DNA of 64,000 nucleotides, taken from positions 108,378,001 to 108,442,000 of the forward strand of contig CM059431.1 of the NCBI GenBank assembly GCA_030390025.1. Direction: 5' to 3'. Position 1 is the first letter of the stretch; each line of letters begins with the position of its first letter. The notes beneath the pieces were generated by a model that was not told where the DNA came from, made no database searches, and worked only from the letters and a program-made list of their open reading frames with translations. This DNA comes from Squalus acanthias (Eukaryota). The translations under genes and the position numbers were made by a program. This document shows, piece by piece, positions 34,826-47,220 of the stretch.

Positions 34826-35589
34826 TTGATTATTATGACAGGATATTACTCCTTGGCTACACCTCTTCTTGCGTGTATTATAATAAGTTGCATAATCATT
34901 TCTAGAAGTTAATTATGGCCACCTTAATGCAGTCATCCACTTCGCTCCTGTGAAAATCCAGCATTGGACCTGTGGAGACAGTCAACATCTTGAGGATAGA
35001 TAACTGAGGAGAAAGGAAGCTAATGTAGGAGGCTATGTTCCATCTGCTTGGCAGCATTGTTACAGGATGCAGTTCTGCAATGATACAAGACTGAAGGAAG
35101 AGAAACAGTAGCGGGAGGATTACTCCCTGCACTGTTGTCCCAGAGGACTGTAATATGATGTAGTGCCTGCTTTTAAATGATCTCTTGTCACTGATGCTGA
35201 AACATTTGACGGCTCACAACTGTGTTGATGTGAGATCCAGGGACCTGCTGTGAGCTACTCCATGCACACCTTGCTGGGTGCTAATTCCCCTACATTAGCT
35301 ACTGATCTGATTGAGCATGGACCATTGCACTGCTATGCGGTCTCTAAATCCCTCTGTCATAGTTTTCTGTGTTCTATCTCCAAGAACATTGAAGCCATCC
35401 ATTATGCAATAACTTGCATTTGTATAGTGCCTTTAATTTAGAGAAACATTAACTGAACTTCAATGCCTCAGCAGCCTCCGAGCAGCAGTATTCTGTACAG
35501 ATGCTCTGATTATGTCTTCTCCCTGCACTGCTAGGCTCGCCAAAGCAGTTGCCAAGTGGTCAGTGGCAAATGTGCCCCACCACAGCAAC

Positions 35590-36140
35590 AATCCAGTCGC
35601 CTGTCACTCTAATTCTCCACCCCACTCCCACTCTGACCTCTCGGTCCTCGGCCTCTTACACTGTTCCAATGAAGCTCAACCTAAGCTCGAGGAACAACAC
35701 CTCACCTTTCGATTAGGCACTTTACAGCCTTCTGGACTCAACATCGACTTCAACAATTTCAGACCATAACCTCTGCCCCTATCTTGTTTTTCTCCCTCTC
35801 ACATGGCAGCTGTCGATCATTCTGCCAGTGCCATTTACACTTCATCACGAGTCATCTTTTGTTTCTTAACTTGTCCCATTACCATCTCCTTTTGCCTTGC
35901 ACCATCATCCCTTTTGTCTCTTAATCTCTCCTGCCTTCCATCCTATCACAGACCTTCCCTTTTGTTCTTTCCTCCCCTCCCCTCTTTCCCTGCCTCTGCA
36001 CTTGCTTAAAAACCTGTTCCATCTCCAGCTTTTTCCAGTTCTGACGAAGGGTCATCGACCTAAAACGTTAACTCTGTTTCTCTCTCCACAGATGCTGCCT
36101 GACCTGCTGAGTATTTCCAGCATTTTCTGTTTTTATTCCA
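35590..36140 (+). mobile_element. Penelope-like element 3' end (family 1)
   Basis: KLEEQHLTFRLGTLQPSGLNIDFNNFR, plus a terminal repeat with a mutated hammerhead (CTGACGA...TAAAACGTT) at ~36037-36073. Confidence 0.8.
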
Positions 36141-38693
36141 GCAACAATCATATTGCTAATAGTTGCAAAAGAAATCTTCTCAGAAATTAGTTGCACTATC
36201 TTACAGTATGTGGTGGATGGATTCAAGTGGCCCGCAGATGTTTTGATGTTCATGTAGCATCTCTCATTTGAAAGATATCCCGGCTAGATTGATTTAAGTG
36301 CCAGAGGCAAACTAGACCTCTGTTGCATACTGGCGTGCCCTTTATCTACCCACCAGCCCTGCCCTTTGCTCGCCTGTGCTTTATATCCCACCCAGTGATC
36401 CTTTCTCAAGCTTACCATTGTCCATTGGGTTTGCATACTTTTGGGATTGCACTTGGCTCAGATTTAGATGTACTTTGATGCTACAGTGTCTGTGAGAGCC
36501 TGACTTTTTTCTTGTGAGGGAGCAGCCTCTGTGCGAGGATGGGGCCTCTTCATCTGAGGAACTAGCCACATAATCTAAGTGTGTTGTCTCCTTCCGTGGC
36601 TCAATGTCTTCTTGTGAAAAGAGCAGATGGTAAATGCCTCGTGTTGTGAATAGGTTTCAGCAAATGCTGCAGATTTGCCAAAAGAGACTAGAATTCTGTG
36701 TGGCTGCTACATCACTGCGTGTCCCCAGATAATTGCAAACATTGCTGACAATGACATACTGTGCTAACACAATGCCATCTCCAGCTTTATCTTCCCCCAC
36801 ACTACCTTTAACTTTCCTATTGATTAAACAAAGGATTGCTTCCTCTGAGAGGCTGTGTATTCTGATTTGGGGTCCATCAAAAAGAGTGTGCATGCTTCCC
36901 CAGTTTTTAAATGCTACCTTAGATTACAAGGACAAAGAAGGTATCAATTATGATTACATTGTACGAAGACAATTAAAGGTATGCTGCACAAAGTTGTTAC
37001 CATGGTATATGCTACAATTCCATTTCCATAAATTTGCTGTGTTGAACTAATGCGAAGTTAATGTCTATCTTCTTCTCAACGATTCTTGCTGTGGTGACTG
37101 CTAATTATACATACTAGGAGATCTCCAGTGGATCAAAGGATATGCCGTTTTATGCTATGAAATAGTCTAACTAAGGAATGCCCCACTCCAGCAAATTCTG
37201 GGCCAATATTTTAATATATAGATATATCTATGTCAAGGTCTTCTTCCAGGCATGTTCATATATGAACTATACATTTAATGACCATTAATTTTCATTGCTT
37301 GCCTTTATTTTCCACATGTAGCACTTATCACTTGCAGACAACAAAACTGCTGTGAGTTTAGCTCATTCAATTGATGGAATGAGTGACAAAAGAAGAGAAA
37401 CATGAAAATAAACAGTGTGGTCTTATCTAGGGTTCCTTTTAAATTTGCATTAATGTTCCTTGTCTTCCTGTCAAGATAGTCTGGTAGTGGCCGTTTCTCC
37501 CTCTTTCGTGCCCCCTTTAATTGTGCCTCCTCTTCTTTCTGGCCCTGCAGTGGGTGCCTTGAAGCAGTTTCGCAGCATTATGCTCCTTGGCAGTGGTGGG
37601 CTCCCTCTGTGGGGCAGCGATACCAGCAGGAGCCCTAATCCAGGAAGATAGGTCCTGGCCACGCCAGGGTTGGAGAAGCAGGTGGAAGTCCTGCCCCAAC
37701 CGACCTGCGGTTGAAAATCCAGCCCAGTGTCTTACCCAAGGCTTTGCGCCGGCCAAAATTTTGGGGGGATAATCAGGATTGCAGATAATTGGATATGGAT
37801 AATGGAAGTTCTGATATCTTTCTTAGTTTGAGCAAGTTTTAGAAATACTCCATGCACTCCTCTTCATTGCAATGTTGTTTTCTAATTCATTGGTTTTAAT
37901 AGAAAGCAATAGAGTTTCTGCATAAATTATAATACTATTTCATGGAGACGCAATTATCTGACAAGCGTGATACATTCCCCTGGCTCCAAACATCCATTCA
38001 AAAACATACAAAAACACAACGGAGCACAAATGAACTGCACATCATTTTGGCAGGTTGACATCACTCTCCTAATTACAGTCAACATCAATTAACCTGACTG
38101 CTGTTCATTTGGCAGATGCCGGCTACTTTGATGTTCAGTAAAGTCAATTAATCCCTGGAATACAAAGACATTCACATTAAGTGGAGTCAAATTTGGCAGC
38201 TATAATCATTGGGTCTTATTGAGTCTAATCAGTATGGGTATTACATGGCTGTTTGTGAGTCTGTTCACACGCCTAGTGATGCTGAAGTTGTTGGCTTTTG
38301 TTTGTCATTGGTGACAAAAAGCAAAGATGGATTAAGCTTTTTTGGATGAAAGCACAATTAAACACGCACTTGAAGGATACTCTCTCCTTATGGCCCATGC
38401 ACTTGTCATTACTAATTCCTGAAATTACATCTTCTGCTCAAGTGAAGAACAAGAATAAGGAAGGTCAAATTGATTGCTTTATTGAAAAAACCTAGATGAA
38501 ACACTAAGACCCATAGTGCAGGGCAACGCCAGGGCTGAAGCGATCAGATCAATCAGAAAGTAACAGTTGTGTGACAAGAAAAATAGTGTGTAAGAAACAG
38601 TTCTTTAGGTGGGTCGGGGCATCATAGTAACACAGTGTTCCAATAAAATGTATGATGGAGTGGTAGGACCTAGAATCACATCCCAGATTCAAT

Positions 38694-38866
38694 GGGGTAG
38701 ATCTTGACCTTGTGTGATAGTGTAAAGCGGGTGAAGCGAACGGACAGCCCATTTTACATCTCTCCCCATTGAAGTCAATGAAAATAAAGATCAGAAGAGA
38801 TGTAAAATGGGCTGCAGACTCGCTTTCACCCGCTTTGCGCTATCGCACAAAGTCAAGATCTGCCCC
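38694..38866. mobile_element. 173-bp near-palindromic MITE
   Basis: GGGGTAGATCTTGAC...GTCAAGATCTGCCCC, with arms pairing over most of the length and a 3-bp AAT TSD. Confidence 0.8.
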
Positions 38867-39289
38867 AATGAGTTTAGGTTTTCAGTTCTACACAATGCAT
38901 TCACCAAAGGCAGAGAGAAGGCAACTCAGTGAGAAAGGTTTGCTCATCTCCTTACAACAAGCTGAAGAGCACCATTGGATCAGACCCAGGAGCAGTTTGT
39001 CTGTCTGATCTCTCAGCTGACCCTTCACCAGGTAGGGCTAACGTTTCAGGTCTTATAAACTTTCGTCACTTCTGATGAAGCGTCATAAGAACTGAAACGT
39101 TAAGCCTTCTCACCACAGATGCTGCCTGAGCTTCTGTGTGTTTCCAGCATTTTCTGTTTTTATCACCCATATCTAGCACTTGTTGAAAATAGTAGGACTG
39201 GTGGAAATCCAGAAGCAGGTACTGAACTTTAAAAAAAAATTTGAACCATCAAATGTTGGATACAATTAGATGTTTTTATGCAAGGTTCT

Positions 39290-40219
39290 CAGTGTGATTG
39301 CCCGACTCCACCCCGCCTCAACACATCCGCTGCTGAAACTCTCATCCATGCCTTTGTTAACTCTAGTACGATAGCAAAATACTGCGGATGCTGGAAATCC
39401 GAAATAACAACAGAAAACGCTGGAAAAACTCAGCAGGCCAGGCAGCATCCGTGGAGAGAGAAAGAGAGTTAACGTTTCAGGTCGATGACCTTTCATCAGA
39501 ACTGGGAAGAGCCGGAATTCAAATAGATTTAAGGCCAGGGTAAAGCTGGGAAAAGGGGGAGGGGATAAAGGAACTCTCTCCACGGATGCTGCCTGGCCTG
39601 CTGAGTTTTTCCAGCGTTTTCTGTTGTTATTTTGTTAACTCTAGACTTGACTATTCCAATGCACTCCTGGCCGGCCTCCCACTTTCTACTCTTCGTAAAC
39701 TTGAGGTCATCCAAAACTCGGCTGCCCGTGTCCTAACTCGCACCAAGTCCCGTTTACCCATCACCCCTGTGCTCGCTGACCTACATTGGCTCCCGGTTAA
39801 GCAACGCCTCGATTTCAAAATTCTCATCCTTGTTTTCAAATCCCTCCACGACCTCGCCCCTTCCCTATCTCTGTAATCTCCTTCAGCCCCACAGCCCCCC
39901 CGAGATATCTGCACTCCTCCAATTCTGACCTCTTGAGCATCCCTGATTATAATTGCTCCGCCATTGGCGGCCGTGCCTTCAGCTGCCTTGGCCCTAAGCT
40001 CTGGAATTCCTTCCCTAAACCTCTCTGTCTCTCTACCTCTCTTTCCTCCTTTAAGACGCTCCTTAAAACCTGCCTCTTTGACCAAGCTTTTGGTCGACCT
40101 GCCCTAATACCTCCTTATGTGGCTCGGTGTCAAATTTTGCTTGATAACAGGGCTGTGAAGCACCTTGGGACGTTTTACTGCATTAAAGGTACTATATAAA
40201 TACAAGTTGTTGTTGTTGT
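39290..40219 (+). mobile_element. L2-type LINE 3' portion interrupted by a Penelope fragment
   Basis: AETLIHAFVNS / RLDYSNALLAGLP...LHWLPVKQRLDFKIL, (TTG)n tail. Confidence 0.85.
39367..39630. mobile_element. Penelope inverted terminal-repeat insertion with minus-strand hammerhead (39467-39503)
   Basis: 14-bp flanking duplication TTTGTTAACTCTAG (39353-39366, 39631-39644). Motif AGTT-CTGATGA-AAGGTCATCGACCT-GAAA-CGTT-AACT. Confidence 0.8.
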
Positions 40220-40376
40220 ATGACTAATCTGATTTTGTCAGGGGGCAGCTCTAAATTGAAGCTAATCATGGCAAACGCAGCACTTTGCTCGTTCAAATTT
40301 AATGATTTCTATGTTAAATTACAGGGACTACATAAAGTGCTGAGCACCTGTAGGACAGGCTTCTTTTCCTAGAGTA

Positions 40377-40601
40377 CATGATGCGGAGATGCCGGTGTTG
40401 GACTGGGGTGGACAAAAATGAGAAGTCGCACAACACCAGGTTATAGTCCAACAGTTTTATTTAAAATTACGAGCTTTCGGAGCTCCGCTCCTTCTTCAGG
40501 TACAGTGAACTGTACCTGAAGAAGGAGCGGAGCTTAGAAAGCTCGTAATTTTAAATAAAACTGTTGGACTATAACCTGGTGTTGTGCGACTTCTCATTTT
40601 T
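40377..40601. mobile_element. Penelope family 2 palindromic terminal-repeat insertion with two opposed hammerheads
   Basis: 93-bp inverted arms (40414-40506, 40509-40601) and flanking duplication TTTTCCTAGAGTA (40364-40376, 40600-40612). Confidence 0.85.
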
Positions 40602-41889
40602 TTCCTAGAGTAGTCAGAGCTCGTCATATCCAGGTCACGCTTTTACCCTCAGTAGAGCAAGGATTAAGAGTAAAGAGCATTCTATTTTAATATAGTACCG
40701 AAAGTCCATTGAGATGCAGCTCAGTCGACTGGAGTCTCTTAACTGGTGGGAGTGAAGCATCTTTATCTTCTTGCACTGGACTGGTTTCACAATCAGATTT
40801 CTAGGTGCTGCAAGAGAAGCATGGAGACATTTCAGCCTGCAGAATTGCTTGAAATCTTTTTAGCTGTGCAGAGACAAATATTTTCTGGTTTTTATTCTCA
40901 GTAGAGCAAGGATTAAGAGTTAAGACCATTCTATTTTAATAATGTGCCTGAAAGTCCATTGAGACGCAGCTCAGTCTGCTGGAGTCTCTTAACTTATACT
41001 TATTCAACAGAATTTCTTTCCTAAGGATAAATCTGTCAGGTAGCAGGTTTATCCGCCTTTCACTATAATGGACTGTAGCCATGCCATTGTTGTAGGAATT
41101 ACATCGGTACTGGGTTAATCCCATCAAATTTACTTAAATTTTGTCCAAATCATGTAATTTCAAGTTAAGCGCTTTGAGACGTCCGGTGGTCGTGAAAGGC
41201 GCTATATAAATGCAAGTCTTTCTTTCTTTCATTAATAAACATGCCTTTCGGTGCATTCAAATGGGCATTTTTTTTCCAGTTCGTTTTAAGTCTCCAAGAT
41301 AAAATAGCAGGAAAGAATGAAATAGCAGTGAGAAAGCGGTATCTTCTAGCCTCGAGCCGCAACAACAAATATGGATATTTATTTTTTTTCTTATGTGACT
41401 TGTCTAACCTACTAGAGGAGGGGAAGAGAGGATCTGCTTTTGAAAGTCAGAGCTGAATAATGAGCACTGAGCTCTTGAAGTGAATACACACAGTTGCTTT
41501 TGCAGACAAGATGATGGTGCCTCTTCCCAGTTACAGATACGTCTACCTGCTGGCTTTGTGTTTGATTTGCAATATTATTGTTTTCTCCATACCTTCTCTC
41601 TTCTTTCACGTACTTCAAAAACGTCGAGAGCTAGACTTTCCCTGGAGCGAGCAGAAAGTAAATCTTGAAAACTGCTGTCCCATTTTCACTTTTGCTGTCC
41701 CCACTCCATACTTGCATCAGTTTTCTTCTTTCTTTCTTTAAGATTTGTTTTTTCCTTTTTTGCCTCCAGAATGCCAGGAGCAAGTCTTCATTTGATTTCC
41801 CGAGTGATTATAAAATATTAAAATAAAACCTGACAGCTCCTCTCCACTTCCATCCCTGCTCCCTGGTGCACCATGAACTGATGCCATTT

Positions 41890-42115
41890 AAGGTAATAAA
41901 AACAGAAAATGCTGGAAAACACTCAGCAGGTCAGGCAGCCTTTGTGGAGTGAGGAACATAGGGTTAACCTTTCAGGCCGTTGACCTTTTGTGAGAGATGA
42001 CGACCTCTGATGCAAGGCCATAAGATCTTATGTTTCTCTCTCTCTCTACAGATGTTGAGCGGTCTAGCATTTTCTGTTTTCATTTCAGATTTCCAGCATC
42101 TGTAGAATTTCCTTT
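41890..42115. mobile_element. Degraded inverted Penelope terminal repeats
   Basis: ACAGAAAATGCTGG...CCAGCATC in both orientations. Confidence 0.6.
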
Positions 42116-42565
42116 TTTTCCCCCAGTTGAAATCATATCTGCAGGACCTGCCTTCTCACAGGCTGCAATGGGGTCAGTAGTGGTTAAGATTAAGTACATC
42201 AATTTAGTCCCTTCAATGATTGTGTTAACCTCATAGCCATAACTCTCCATTCCTAAACTGAATATGGTGACAACATTTTCATTAGGGCTACAGCGAGCAC
42301 AATGACATAGTTCCCATAAAAACAAATTGTTGTTTCAATTTTGAGCATGACTATCTCCTTGATAAAATGGTTCTTCCAGAGCTTCTCACAGCCAAATGAA
42401 AAGATTTTTCAAAGACATTTCATGAAGACAGTTAATCTTTACACATAATGTAGAAATTGTTGTTGACGCAGTATTCGCGATTAAATCTAGGATATCATAA
42501 GTTTAAGGGAGGGACAAAGCCCGTTGGTTTACTCATGATTTTGTTATTTTCAGCCTGTGAGTTAA

Positions 42566-43125
42566 ATCATAGAATCATAGAATGGTTACAGCACATAGGG
42601 AGGCCATTCGGCCCGTCGAGCCCATGCCGGCTCTTTGCAAGAGCACTTCAGCTGGTCCCACTCCCCCACTCTTTCCCCGTAGCCCTGCAAATTTATTTCC
42701 TTCAGGTACTTATCTAATTCCCTTTTGAAAGCCACAATTGAGTCTGCCTCCACCACCCTTTCAGGCAGTGCATACCAGATCCTAACCACTCGCTGCGTAA
42801 AAAAGTATTTCCTCGTGTCGCCTTTGGTTCTTTTGCCAATCACCTTAAATCTGTGTCCTCTGGTTCTCGACCCTTCCGCCAATGGGAACAGTTTCTCTCT
42901 ATCTACTCTGTCCAGACCTTCTCCTCATGATTTTGAACACCTCTCTCAAATCTCCTCTCAACCTTCTCTGCTCTAAGGAGAACAACCCCAGCTTTTCCAG
43001 TCTATCCACGTAACTGAAGTCCCTCATCCCTGGAATCATTCTCGTAAATCTTTTCTGCACCCTCTCCAAGGCTTCATATCCTTCCTAAAGTGTGGTGCCC
43101 AGAATTGGACACAATACTCCATTTG
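42566..43125 (-). mobile_element. CR1 3' end
   Basis: ORF 42586-42882 and (ATTCTATG)n tail. Same family as 59385. Confidence 0.85.
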
Positions 43126-43237
43126 GGAGGTGGTGGGGGAGGGAGTGGCAGGAGGGGGAGGGGCTGAGAGTGAGGGGAGTGGTGGGTTGGAAGGCTGGTG
43201 GTGGAGGAAGCAATTTAAATGATGAAAATTTGAGACT

Positions 43238-43490
43238 CTAGGGTACTGGGAGGTCAGTGAGGGCAGGGGTGATGGGTAATTGCGACTTGGTAGGGGAAAG
43301 GGGCAGTGGGGTTTCGGATGAGCTGAAATCTACAGAGGGTGGAGGATGGGAGGCTGGCCAGGAGTGGACTGTGATATTCGAATCTGGAGGTGACAAAGGC
43401 ATGGCTGAGGGTTTCAGCAGCAGATGGATAAATGCGGGCGGTGTTGCGGAGGTGGAAGTAGGCGGTCTTTGTGATGGAGCGGACTGGGCT
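43238..43490 (-). mobile_element. L2-type LINE fragment
   Basis: ITKTAYFHLRN...AETLSHAFVTSRFEY in ORF 43254-43646. Confidence 0.7.
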
Positions 43491-43884
43491 CGGAGACACA
43501 GCCATTGCAAGGCTATGATCAGCCCTGACGTGAACTGCTGCTTTGAGATACCAAGAGCATGTTTGATTATTCCGCTTGTGGTCGTGCTCTGCTTCTGCCT
43601 GTGGATGTTTAGGGTAGCCATGATTTCCCTCGGAGCCACCCTTCAATCTATTTCAAATAAGGATGACACAATTAATGGCCATAAAATGAAGGTATGAAGA
43701 AAGCCCCTGGGGAAGTAGGCATTGATCTGCATGACTTTGTGTTGGTGGTCACAGACCAGGAGTTATTTTGAGTCCACGCTGTGTATACCTGAATTACTGA
43801 TACATTCTGCTGACAGGAGAGATCCCCTTCTTGTGCTGGGAACTTGTAAAATTACTCCTACTATGAAAGGGCTAAAAAAGAAAG

Positions 43885-44200
43885 AAAAAACACGCATTTA
43901 TATAGAGCCTTATATTTCCTCCGGGTATCCTAAAGCACTACATGGCCAACGAATCACTTTTCAAGTGTAGTCATTGCTGTTTTATAGATAATCACATGTG
44001 ATGGCCAATTTGTGCATAAGCAGCCAAGAAGATGAATTAAGATGCTTAATCTGTTTTGGCGTCATTGAGGACTGAATGTTCCTCAGGACACCAGGAAAAC
44101 TCTCTGCTCTTCTTTCATTAGTGCCATGAAAAATTTTGCATCCACATAACAGGCAGACTGGGCCTTGGTTTAAGATTTCAGCTGAAAGATGGATAGGGAC
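43885..44200 (-). mobile_element. Degraded Deu-domain SINE
   Basis: Reverse-complement similarity to ~46030-46370. Confidence 0.65.
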
Positions 44201-44415
44201 AGCGGGATAGATCTTCAACTTGTCGCGCGGGCATCAAACGGGTGTTGCAGATCGGCCACTCGTTATAGCAACCGCACAATTTTCATTTCCAGCCCTCGAG
44301 CATCTAGTCCAAATGGCCATTCATCATTTTGATACAGATAATGAAAGTTGACAGGCTGTTTTACCATGGAGGGTACTATAGCTGTGCCTGAACTAGACCT
44401 CACCCAACATCCACG

Positions 44416-44441
44416 CACACACACACACACACACACACACA
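44416..44441. repeat. (CA)n microsatellite
   Basis: About 13 CA units. Confidence 0.95.
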
Positions 44442-45912
44442 TGTACTTTTCAGTAGATATTACTGGAACTGTGAGAGGGAATCCTGGTTAATGTTTATTT
44501 CTTTTCTCTCCCTCGCTCATGGATACTAACTAGTGTCAAAAATAGGAAAACACTCCATTCCCCCTCATTGACATCCATCACCGTGATTAAAAATGGCTCA
44601 ATTAAATGGCAAGAGGTTTTGATGTATTAACCTCAGCAATAAATTAGGGCCAATCGGCTATAGAAGGAAAAGAAGACATGGGGCCGGATCATGCTGGAAA
44701 AGTAACGGTGTGTTAATGACACACGCCGTTATTAACGTGCAAATCGGCCAGAAAGCTCAGGGGGGTGAAGAGATATGGCGTGAGTTGCAAATCGCCAGAA
44801 CTTGCTGGTCGATTTACGCCGCTCCGAAGTTTGCTTTGTGCAAGCGGTATCTCGCCCTTAGCTTCCCCGTTACTTTTAGGAACTTGCTGAATTTGCACAT
44901 TAATTGCCCGTTAAACTCGCCACAGATTCCTACTTGTGTTGGTGGGGGTAGGGGGGGTGGGGTGTGCATGTAGAGGGATGCCAGCTGAGCACAGGTTCAG
45001 GCTTGGCTCTGATGTCTGGCCATGCTCAAAGATTCATTACGATAACAAGTTAGTTTGAAGGCTTAACGCACAACGAAACGTCTGAATAGCTTTTGTCTTC
45101 ACAATTCTCTCAATGCAGCCGCTAAAGTGTTGGGAACACTTCAGCTTTTATGAAGAGTATAGCGGTCAGTATTAAAGTAGTTAAGAAGCTGAAAGACTTG
45201 GGAAGATTCATGTACTGAGATGAAATGCGTCTGATAGTAAAGCATATGAGGGTATGAGCAAGAGTGCTGTGGTGGAAATTTTGAAAAGCTCTTAAGCACA
45301 AGAGTAACATGAAGACTGGAGAATGACTGATGTAAACCTAATATTTAAAAGGTTCAACAGCGTGCTGCTGGGAATAAGTGAGCCGTTATCTGAACATCTA
45401 CAATGGGAAGATTATTGGAGTTGGCTATAAAGGCGGCGGTTCAAGAGCACAGACAGAATAAGCACAATGAATCCAAGTTATATGTTTTTATGACAGCCAA
45501 GCCGTGACTAAAAAAATTATTGGAATTTTTTGAAGATGTAATAAAATTGTTAGATGAAAGTAAGCTGATATTAGGTACCTTGACTTTCAGATATCATTGT
45601 GCAAAATTTCTCATGAGAGGTATGCCTAACAAGGATATTCATGTGATCATATAGGAAGTTATAAATTGCATGTTAGTTTGATGGATAATCAATGCATGGT
45701 TAGTTTTAACATGTGAAAACTAGAATAACTGGCATCACAAGCATCAACTAATGCAGGTACTTCTGGGTAAAGTATGTTGCCTCCCACACTTAACTGACCC
45801 AATCAGAACGAAAGGCACTGGAGGCACGCTTACGACACAGGAGAATTAACCAACTTTTGCAGGTAGAGCTCATTTAATGGGCTGCAGTATAGTGTCGGTG
45901 CAAAGCTGAACC

Positions 45913-46373
45913 TAGCTCAGTGGGTAGCACCTTCGCCTCTGCGTCAGAAGGTTGTGGGTTCAAGTCTCGCTCCAGAGACTTTGTGCTCAATATCCAGGCT
46001 GACACTCCCAGTGCAGTGCTGAGGGAGTGCTGCACTGTCGGAGGTGCCGTCTTTTGGATGAGACGTTAAACCGAGGCCCCGCCTGCCTGCTCAGGTGAAG
46101 GTAAAAGATCCCATGGCCACTATTTTGAAGAAGAGCAGGGGAGATCTCCCCGGTGTCCTGGGCCAATATTTATCCCTCAACCAACATCAGTAAAACAGAT
46201 TATCTGGTCATTACCACATTGCTCTTTCGTGGGACCTTACTGTGTGCAAATTGGCTGCCGTGTTTCCTACATTACAACAGTGACCCCACTTCAGAAGTAC
46301 TTCATTGGTTGTTGAGCACTTTTGGGCCTCCTGAGATCTTGAAAAGCGCTACATAAATGCAAGTCTTTCCTTT
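45913..46373 (+). mobile_element. Near full-length tRNA-headed Deu-domain SINE (SacSINE1/AmnSINE1-like)
   Basis: A box TAGCTCAGTGG, B box GGTTCAAGTC (45957-45966), GGAGGTGCCGTCTTT..GATGAGACGTTAAACCGAGG and AAAGATCCCATGGC core, L2-like 3' tail. Confidence 0.8.
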
Positions 46374-46777
46374 ATTACACTGACACTAAATTTATGTGGT
46401 GTAAATCATCGAGGACCAAATTGACTTAGAAGTGGCTCCCTCTTTCATTCTGCTTTGCTCTGGTGTCAGGTCGGGCTCTGAGATGGGATTCAGGTGGCAA
46501 TTGCACTACATCAATTGCATTAGCATGTAATGGTTTTCCTTTGCACCGACGCTGCAGCTATTGTATAAATGCCTTCTTAAGCGCATGGTTAGCAGTTCAA
46601 GAAGTGACTTGAAAGAATTATTGTAGGTGTGTTCTGATTAGTTTTCAGTTCCGCATTAGGCTAATGCATCCAGACACACTGAACGATCAATGAATATAGT
46701 TGTATGGACCTGCCCGTACACTTAAAAAGGGGAGTAGAAACCGACTCTCATTTAATGCACCCTCTAGTGAGCAAAGA

Positions 46778-47220
46778 AAGAAGGAGCTTGCATTTATCTA
46801 GTGCCTTTCCTAGCCTTGGGACATGTCAAAACATTGTACAGCCAGTGAAATACTTTTAAAGTGTAGTCACTGTTGTAACACAGGGAAACGCACCAGCACG
46901 GTTTGTGGACGGCAAGGTTCTACAAACAGTAATGTAGTTAATGACCGGGTAATCAGTTTTACTGTTGTTGCTTGAGGGATAAGTGTTGGCCAGGATACCG
47001 GGGAGAACTCCCCTGCTGTTCTTCAAATAATGCAATGGGTTATTTTACATCCACTAGAATGGTCTTCGCTTAATGTCTCATCTGAAAAACGGCACCTTTG
47101 ATAGTGCTGTACTCTCTACTAGACTGTCAGCCTAGATTATATACCCAAGTCTCTAGAGTTGGGCTTGTACCTACAAGCTTCTGACTTGAGACAAGACTGC
47201 CACCACTGAGCCAAGGCTGA
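46778..47220 (-). mobile_element. Degraded full-length copy of the same SINE
   Basis: Reverse complement has TGGCTCAGTGG A box and the same core and tail. A further fragment lies at ~47480-47710. Confidence 0.7.

Noticed and set aside
40936..42325. Short ORFs 40936-41127 and 42080-42325 as host exons
   Set aside because: No recognisable protein family or convincing splice-site pair. Cannot be excluded without RNA-seq or homology search.
45913..45975. tRNA gene
   Set aside because: The A and B boxes are the head of a SINE, and no complete cloverleaf is evident.
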